Assembly (NCBI GenBank): GCA_964596165.1
Contig: CAZQTW010000014.1
Coordinates: forward strand, 19,219-83,218
Direction: 5' to 3'
Length of the DNA: 64,000 bases
Source of the DNA: an uncultured Planctomycetales bacterium
Lineage (GTDB): Bacteria > Planctomycetota > Phycisphaerae > UBA1845 > JAFGLZ01
Under the pieces are notes generated by a model. That model saw only the letters and a list, made by a program, of their open reading frames with translations, was not told the DNA's origin and did no database searches. Shown piece by piece: positions 58,215 to 64,000 of the stretch. Position numbers and translations under genes: made by a program. Numbering within the stretch: the stretch's first letter is position 1; each line of letters begins with the position of its first letter.

Positions 58215-59696
58215 TTATCCGTAAGGCAGACCGGCCGCGAGCGCGCCATGGATCGCTACGAGCTTGGCCGTGTCGCGCCGCGGGATACGGACCCGGCGCC
58301 GTCGGAAGAAGTTCGGCAGATAGTCGGCCTCCGCCTCCAGCATCTCATTCAGCATGTCCTCGGTGCCGTCGTGTTCGGCGGCCAGCGGATCGTTCAACAA
58401 GACATGCAGCGCCAGCCTCCGGTCGCCGTCGAGCGCCGCTTGGATGATCGCCTCCTGGTTCGTGACGTGCCGAACATACCATGGAACCAGCGCAGGGGGG
58501 ATCGGTCCGCCGCAGATCGGCTCGACACTGTCGCGCGAGAGCCATGCGTTCGTCTCGACGACCGCATCGGTCGGAAGGTCGGATACTTGCCCGATGTTCG
58601 GCCGGTTGACGTTCGTCTTCATGGTCATGGTCCCGGCGAGGCAGGCGATGATCTCGCTGGTGTCTTCCCCGCTGGGCTTCAGCGGTCTGCGGAGCAGTGC
58701 CGTCACATCTCGGATACAGGCCTTTCGTTTGGCCAAGTCCTTCTCTTTCTGCCCGACGCGGTCCTGGATCGTGGTGACCACGACCCCCCATCGCTGGCCC
58801 TCGAAGGTCTTGGGCGTCAGATACCCGGGGAAGAACTCGACGGTATGGCGATCGCCCGAGGCGGTCAGGACGCCGTACCGCCGCAGGAACTCCAGCTTGA
58901 CCTGATGGCGGGCGAAGAGGCCCTTGGCCTTCCGGGGCTCGCCGGCGCGGTACTCTCGGATTACGCCCGGCTGTTTCATGTGCCGCCGAATCATGTCCAG
59001 GGCATCGTGTCCGGCCACGCTGGCCCGCGTGATGATGGTGCAGTGGTTGATGCCCGTGACCGCCACGTCCACGTCGTCGCGGCGAAGGTCACTTCGCCCC
59101 AACACCCGATTCGCCAGCTTGGCGATCAGCTTCTGCGTGCCGAAGACCTCGTGACAGCAACCGATCACCTTCACCCCGCGCCGGCTCAGCGTTCGCGTGA
59201 GGACCGTCATCGGGTTGGTGTAGTTGATGACCCACGCGTCCGGGCAATATCGCAGGATGTCGTCGGCCAAACGATCGAAGACCGGCACATTCCGCAGGCC
59301 GCGGAGCAATCCGCCCGGCCCGACCGTGTCGCCGACCGACTGAATGATGCCGTATTTCCATGGGATGGCCAGGTCATGGCCCATCATCGCCAGGCCGCCG
59401 ACGCTGATCGTGATCACCACGACGTCGGCCCCTCGCATCGCTGCGCGCCGCTCCTGAGTGGCCGAGACCCGGAATCGTCCACCCGCGTCGCGGTGGCTGA
59501 GCACGGCCCGGCAATACCGCTTCATGATCGCCAGCGGTACGGAGTCGATATCGAACAAGACGATCTCGCCGCCCAGGTTCTTGTTGAGTGCCAGGTCCGT
59601 GACGATGGAGGGTGTCCACCCGAGCGCCCCGCCGCCGATGATGGCAATCTTGACGCTTGCCCGTGCCTGCCTGCCCTCGCGCGACCGTGTGGCCAT
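58215..59696 (-). CDS. Glycoside hydrolase family 4 (NAD/Mn-dependent glycosidase)
   Basis: VKIAIIGGGALGWTP...EIVLFDID, VVVITISVGG, WVINYTNPMTVLT, VIGCCHEV. ATG 59696 is chosen just upstream of the Rossmann start. The track ORF extends to 59960. Confidence 0.85.
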   Translation of the reverse strand: MATRSREGRQARASVKIAIIGGGALGWTPSIVTDLALNKNLGGEIVLFDIDSVPLAIMKRYCRAVLSHRDAGGRFRVSATQERRAAMRGADVVVITISVGGLAMMGHDLAIPWKYGIIQSVGDTVGPGGLLRGLRNVPVFDRLADDILRYCPDAWVINYTNPMTVLTRTLSRRGVKVIGCCHEVFGTQKLIAKLANRVLGRSDLRRDDVDVAVTGINHCTIITRASVAGHDALDMIRRHMKQPGVIREYRAGEPRKAKGLFARHQVKLEFLRRYGVLTASGDRHTVEFFPGYLTPKTFEGQRWGVVVTTIQDRVGQKEKDLAKRKACIRDVTALLRRPLKPSGEDTSEIIACLAGTMTMKTNVNRPNIGQVSDLPTDAVVETNAWLSRDSVEPICGGPIPPALVPWYVRHVTNQEAIIQAALDGDRRLALHVLLNDPLAAEHDGTEDMLNEMLEAEADYLPNFFRRRRVRIPRRDTAKLVAIHGALAAGLPYG

Positions 59697-60051
59697 GAAT
59701 GCGCCCCCATGCCTTGGCTCATCGACTACTCTCGATTCGACGGTTTGACATGGTAACGAGCGAACAATCCGCTGGCAAAACCGCGTGCGTGCCACTGGCG
59801 GCTCGTCCGCCAGTGTTCGCGCGGGATGGATCGGGAGGGCGAGTGTGCTTGCGAGCCGCGATCCCTGACAGAGCCGGGTTGTGTAAGCCCCGTGAATGAC
59901 GGAGCTGTACCGTATCGGTCCGATTGTCGTTTCGAGCCGGGCGGTCCTCCGCCCGGTCAAACGCGCCGAGGACGGATCGGCTCAAAAGGCGCATGCCTTT
60001 GACCTCCGACCGCGGATCGACACCGCGAAGACAAGGGGCTAGCATTCCTCA

Positions 60052-60501
60052 GTGGGCGGGTCTTACCCGCCGACGAAGCCCCATCCAATCACCGGGACTG
60101 CATTCGTGAACTGTCGAACCTGCGGCTACGCACTGTTCAACCTGACCGAGCCTCGATGCCCGGAGTGCAACACGCCGTTTGATGTCACCAACTACACCTT
60201 TCGCCCGGGCACCGTGAAATTCGTCTGTTCCTATTGTGGCGAGTCCTACGAGGGCGATGACGCGCAGGGTCTGCCCGCCAATCGAGAGTTCCCGTGCGCC
60301 AAGTGCTCCAGACCTCTGTCCGTATCCACCATGTGCGTGGTTCCAATGGCCGCAAACGCCGTCGGGACGCTGAACAGACCTGTTGCCGTACCGTGTGAAG
60401 AACCGGGGCAAATGGGTCTAGCCTGGATCCCCATGGAAGTTCTTCGACCTAACACCACGTGCCTTTCAGCCGAAGGCGAGGGTCAGGCGTTTGCCGCCTA
60501 G
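60052..60501 (+). CDS. Cys-rich double zinc-ribbon hypothetical protein whose 3' end runs into the IS element
   Basis: CRTCGYALFNLTEPRCPECNTPF, then CSYCGESY...CAKCSRPL. From 60418 onward the reading frame is IS sequence. The start is uncertain (GTG near 60106 is possible). Confidence 0.45.
   Translation: MGGSYPPTKPHPITGTAFVNCRTCGYALFNLTEPRCPECNTPFDVTNYTFRPGTVKFVCSYCGESYEGDDAQGLPANREFPCAKCSRPLSVSTMCVVPMAANAVGTLNRPVAVPCEEPGQMGLAWIPMEVLRPNTTCLSAEGEGQAFAA
60418..60436. repeat. IS terminal inverted repeat (transposase 3' side)
   Basis: CTAGCCTGGATCCCCATGG. See the mobile element entry. Confidence 0.75.
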
Positions 60502-61968
60502 CCAGGGGACAGAAATGTCCGTCTTGTCGAAACCCGCCGCGACGAGTAGCGGGTTGTGGGCGCGTTTCTGGAACTGAACGGCGATCCGCTTGTCGTCGAT
60601 CGAGACGGTGGCCGTCGCGTCGACGAAGTCGCGGAAGATGTGCCGAGACCCGGCCCGCTCGTATCCGCGCCCGATCCGGGCGCCGAGCAGGCGGTAGAGG
60701 CTGCTGGCTATCAGCGTCAGTTGGAGGTCGCAGTTCACCTTCATGTCCACCGCGGACGAGAGGGCATCCATGTGGAAGACATCGATGCCGTCCGCGAGGG
60801 TGTTCTCAATGATCATCCGCTGGGCGTAGCGTTCGATCAGCTTGGCCGGTGAGCGTCGAAGCTGGTTGGTCAGCAGCAGCGTCGGCTTCTCGTGCCCCCG
60901 GTCGGTGATCGTCAGTTGCCGGATCGATCCGTCATGGGCCTTCAGCGAGATGGACTCATCCAGAATGCGGGGGGTTTGGTAGATCCGGGTGATGCCTTCC
61001 AGTTCGATCCGCCTCCACGCCGACGGTGGCCTCAGGTAGATCTCGCGCAGGACCCTGTTCGACCGCCGTCTCAGCGTGATGAAATGGACGCCCATCCGGT
61101 TGAGCCGATCCAGGTTCGCGTAGGTGGTCAGTTTCGAGTCGAACACCAATTCTTCCGGCAGTCGTCCGGTCCGCTTCTTCCAGAACGCCACGAACCGCAG
61201 GATCTCGTCGTTTTGCTGATCTTTCCGAACATCCCCGTTGGCATAGCAGAACACCCGTTGCTCGGCGTCCTCGGCCACGAAGGCGAGCATCCCCTTCTGA
61301 CGGCGGCTTCGCTTGGAAACGTAATGTTTTCCCACCAAGGCGTCCTCGCCGTGGAAGGGGATGGTGTGAAAGTCCAGATGAAACGACGGGCCTCGGGGCA
61401 ACCCCAGCCTGCCGACGGCATCGAACCAGCGGTGCATCAAGGGGCCGTAGCAGGCAGGGTCAATCCGACAACTGTATTCGGTCAGGAAGGCCCGCTTAGG
61501 GATGACATTGAGGCCGGCAAACAGCGCCAGGCCTTCATCGAAAACGTGTCTCATCACGTGACTGTGCCGGGCGTTGCCGAAGAGCTTGAGGGCCAATAGG
61601 GATCGAAGGGCATGAGCCGCGGGGATCATCGGGGTTCCCGGAAACCCGATCCGCGCCAAGATCGCGTCGAGACCGACCTGGGCCAGATAGGGCACAAAGA
61701 GAAAGAGTCCGCCGAACTTCGTGCGGAAATGCCGCGTCCCCAGGTCGAGTTGGCGGGCGTCGGCGACATCGGCCGCGGTGGGACGCGAGTGGTAGGGGCG
61801 CTCGTCGTCGCGGCGTCGAGGCAGTCGGGCGAAGCCCTCCTCCTTGAGGATCAGGGCGATCGCGGCGGGGCTTAGGGCGCGGTCCGACCGCTTGAGGGTC
61901 TGGCTGATGTCATAGATGGAGAGGTTCTGCTTGCGGAGGGCGATGACCTCCTGGCGGGCCCGGTCCAT
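60466..61968 (-). CDS. DDE transposase (IS4-superfamily-like; family not assigned)
   Basis: N-terminal HTH (QNLSIYDISQTLKRSDRALSPAAIALILKE). Candidate acidic triad contexts FHLDFHTIPF, ELVFDSKLTT and YAQRMIIEN (Y-x2-R-x3-E signature). The frame stays open and protein-like upstream to 62226. Confidence 0.85.
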   Translation of the reverse strand: MDRARQEVIALRKQNLSIYDISQTLKRSDRALSPAAIALILKEEGFARLPRRRDDERPYHSRPTAADVADARQLDLGTRHFRTKFGGLFLFVPYLAQVGLDAILARIGFPGTPMIPAAHALRSLLALKLFGNARHSHVMRHVFDEGLALFAGLNVIPKRAFLTEYSCRIDPACYGPLMHRWFDAVGRLGLPRGPSFHLDFHTIPFHGEDALVGKHYVSKRSRRQKGMLAFVAEDAEQRVFCYANGDVRKDQQNDEILRFVAFWKKRTGRLPEELVFDSKLTTYANLDRLNRMGVHFITLRRRSNRVLREIYLRPPSAWRRIELEGITRIYQTPRILDESISLKAHDGSIRQLTITDRGHEKPTLLLTNQLRRSPAKLIERYAQRMIIENTLADGIDVFHMDALSSAVDMKVNCDLQLTLIASSLYRLLGARIGRGYERAGSRHIFRDFVDATATVSIDDKRIAVQFQKRAHNPLLVAAGFDKTDISVPWLGGKRLTLAFG

Positions 61969-62454
61969 CTTGGGAGCGGACTTGGGGCCCTTGGCGGAGG
62001 GCAGGAAGAAGGGCCGGTGGGGGTCTTGGCGGAACTGGTGGCAAAGGACGCGAAAGCTCCCCGGGGAGTAGCCGAAGCGTTGAGCGGCGACGGCGGAGGG
62101 GAGGTGTTCGACGAAATAGGCCCGGAGGGCCTCGTACTGGCGGTAGGTGGTGTTGGCGGGGGTCAGGAAGACGTGGGTCAGATCAGTTAGCTTATCTGGT
62201 ATACTGTTAGATATACCACCACTACATCATGTGTAAGGCCTCCTGTCAAGCGATGTGCGGAGAAACCCCTAGAATCCACGAAACACCTTTGGTTTCTGTT
62301 GATGACTACGTGATCTTGCCCGTGCAGTTGAAGGCGTGGGCACAGATAACACATAGGGGAAGTATATATACGTCTACTGATTACCTGATTCAGATGGCGG
62401 GAATACCTCGGCTGGACAGGTGTCTATCAGCTCATTATGTTAGGCAAAGTCGGG

Positions 62455-62473
62455 CCGTGGGAATCCAGGCTAG
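62455..62473. repeat. IS terminal inverted repeat (transposase 5' side)
   Basis: CCGTGGGAATCCAGGCTAG, the reverse complement of the left repeat with 2 mismatches. Confidence 0.75.
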
Positions 62474-64000
62474 TCGCGCCGCACGATGGCGCCGGTTGGG
62501 CATGCCGCGGCACATCGCTCGGCGGCCCGCCGCAGCGCGTCGGCCAGTGAACGGTCAAACGGCACTCCGACGCGAACATCAAACCCCCGGCCGATGAACG
62601 TCAGCCCCAGGGACTCACCGGACGTCTGGGCAATCTGTATGCACAATCCGCATGCGATGCACTTTCCGGGCTCATGGACGATCGTTGCATGTTGCAGGTG
62701 CCGTTCAAACCGTCTGTTCGTCGCTCCGAATCGCGCTGCGCCGGCGCCGTAGGCGGCCGCGTATCTTCGCAGCTTGCAGTCTTCGGACCGTTCGCAATCA
62801 CACCTCATGCAACGAAGGGCTTCGGCCCGGGCTTCGTCCGGACGGAACCCCGCCGCTTCCCCATCGGCGGGAGTCGTCCGACGGGCGGGGTCGGTGCCCT
62901 CCATGAACCGCCTCAGATCTTCCTCACCGAGGGCAGCGATTCGCGTGGTAAAGGGCAGGTGCGGAGCCCGGATTGTCCCCCCGGCTAGGTACTGAGCGAT
63001 GCATGATGCAGCCGTCTTGCCGTTGGCGACGGAGCGAATGGCCAATCTCCGACGACCTTCGTGCACAACATCGCCTGCCGCGAAGACACCGGGCCGGCTG
63101 GTCTGGTGGGTGTGGGGATCGATTGGGAGCTTGCATTCGCTCAGTGGCAGACCGAACAGCTCAACGTCCCGCTCAGCCGGCCGACCGGTCGCCACCAGAA
63201 CGGCGTCATGATCACGTTTCAATTCCTCGAGCGACACATCCTTGCCGACTCGCGTTCGCGTTCGGAAAGCGGCGCCGAGTCGTTCAATTCCGGCAATTTC
63301 GGCATCCAGCACGGCGCGAGGCAGCCGGGTCTGTTCGACGGCATAACGAAGCGCACCGCCCGGTTGCTCGCGATCGTCGAAGATCGTGCAGGCATGTCCG
63401 TCCTGGAGCAGGTAGTATGCCGCGGCCAGCCCGGCGGGACCCGCCCCCACAATTGCCACGCGTTTGCCGGAATGCTCTTTGCCGTTCGGCCGATACGGGG
63501 ACCCCGTGGCCAAGTCGACATCGGCCACATACCGCTTCAGCAGGCAGATCGCCAGCGGTGCGTCGACATGCCCGCGCCGGCAACGGGCTTCGCACACCTC
63601 GGGGCAGATTCTGCCCAGGACCGCCGGCAGCGCGATATCCCGTTTCACCGTGGCGATGGCCGATCGCAGATCGCCGACCGCGATCTGGCGGATCATCCGG
63701 GGAATGTCCATATGCGCCGGACACGTCCGTTGGCACGGCGCGATACAATCTCCGAGGTGGTCGCTTAGGAGCAGTTCCAGCGCTGTTCGTCTGGCCTCGT
63801 GAATCTCCGGACTCTCGCTTTCGACCTCCATCCCCTCTTCGGCGACGGTCGCGCACGAAGGAACCAGCCGATCCTGACCGTTTGCCCTGACGCGAACCAG
63901 GCAGGCCATGCAGGACGTGGTCGGTGCGTACCCTTCGAGGTAGCACAAGGCCGGGATGTCGATGCCGAGTGTTCGCGCGGCGTTAAGGAGCGAGGTCCCC
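62470..64000 (-). CDS. Iron-sulfur flavoprotein: N-terminal 2Fe-2S ferredoxin-like domain + GltD-like FAD/NAD(P) oxidoreductase + C-terminal 4Fe-4S domain; 5' end beyond the window
   Basis: The frame is open to position 64000 (…GTSLLNAARTLGIDIPALCYLEGYAPTTSCMACLVRV). VAIVGAGPAGLAAAYYL, FDDREQPGGALRY, PGVFAAGDV, CIACGLCIQI...CPTGAI. The stop TAG (62470-62472) lies inside the CTAG at the IS junction. Confidence 0.85.
   Translation of the reverse strand, partial: GTSLLNAARTLGIDIPALCYLEGYAPTTSCMACLVRVRANGQDRLVPSCATVAEEGMEVESESPEIHEARRTALELLLSDHLGDCIAPCQRTCPAHMDIPRMIRQIAVGDLRSAIATVKRDIALPAVLGRICPEVCEARCRRGHVDAPLAICLLKRYVADVDLATGSPYRPNGKEHSGKRVAIVGAGPAGLAAAYYLLQDGHACTIFDDREQPGGALRYAVEQTRLPRAVLDAEIAGIERLGAAFRTRTRVGKDVSLEELKRDHDAVLVATGRPAERDVELFGLPLSECKLPIDPHTHQTSRPGVFAAGDVVHEGRRRLAIRSVANGKTAASCIAQYLAGGTIRAPHLPFTTRIAALGEEDLRRFMEGTDPARRTTPADGEAAGFRPDEARAEALRCMRCDCERSEDCKLRRYAAAYGAGAARFGATNRRFERHLQHATIVHEPGKCIACGLCIQIAQTSGESLGLTFIGRGFDVRVGVPFDRSLADALRRAAERCAAACPTGAIVRRD

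Larger units (their letters stand above)
60418..62473 (-). mobile_element. Insertion sequence (~2.06 kb), single DDE transposase, imperfect terminal inverted repeats, CTAG at both junctions
   Basis: 60418-60436 CTAGCCTGGATCCCCATGG versus the reverse complement of 62455-62473 CTAGCCTGGATTCCCACGG (17 of 19 identical). Weaker similarity extends to about 40 bp. Encloses the transposase ORF and a lower-GC ~290-bp leader. Confidence 0.8.

Noticed and set aside
62229-62597. 122-codon plus-strand ORF spanning the IS leader, the right inverted repeat and the flavoprotein 3' end
   Set aside because: It crosses the IS boundary and overlaps the conserved 4Fe-4S domain on the other strand. Its composition turns Arg/Ala-rich exactly where it becomes antisense. 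It is most likely spurious.

Overview
GC-rich chromosomal segment with about 50 protein-coding genes. I found no rRNA, tRNA or CRISPR array by eye. The gene content suggests a Planctomycetota-like heterotroph, but this is inference only: many TAT-signal Gfo/Idh/MocA oxidoreductases, xylose-isomerase-like TIM-barrel proteins, URO-D-like proteins, dockerin-type repeats and CxxC zinc-ribbon proteins. Blocks from left to right: (1) a URO-D-like gene, a secreted hypothetical, two tandem acyl-AMP ligase paralogues, and an ArnT/PMT-like membrane glycosyltransferase divergent from a Maf/CgeB-like gene. (2) A hybrid PAS-GAF histidine kinase, a GH20-like hydrolase, recQ, a zinc-ribbon gene and an MNT/HEPN toxin-antitoxin pair. 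(3) Oxidoreductases, an MBOAT, a degraded hicB-like remnant, an interrupted beta-propeller gene, an LssY_C protein, and a large GH2 beta-galactosidase carrying a LamG insertion. (4) A nine-gene plus-strand catabolic operon (30.3-41.4 kb): two 2-hydroxyacid dehydrogenase types, kdgK, eda, a URO-D-like gene, a FAH-family gene, and TPP-dependent E1 alpha/beta followed by one ORF that fuses a complete E2 acyltransferase to a complete E3 dihydrolipoyl dehydrogenase. I rate this fusion the most unusual feature. (5) An MCP plus a FixL/FixJ-like two-component pair, an FGGY kinase, a stand-alone MshEN/T2SSE_N domain protein, recO, a PduO-type adenosyltransferase, a Zn-ADH, a large lipoprotein, GT2, an HpcH aldolase and GH4. 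(6) A ~2.06 kb IS element with imperfect terminal inverted repeats, flanked by CTAG, inserted between two convergent genes. Several genes carry single-base frameshifts or an in-frame TAG. These may be assembly errors rather than biology. Start codons were chosen by eye from RBS and signal-peptide context and are less certain than stops. All functional calls rest on motif and family recognition, not on database searches.
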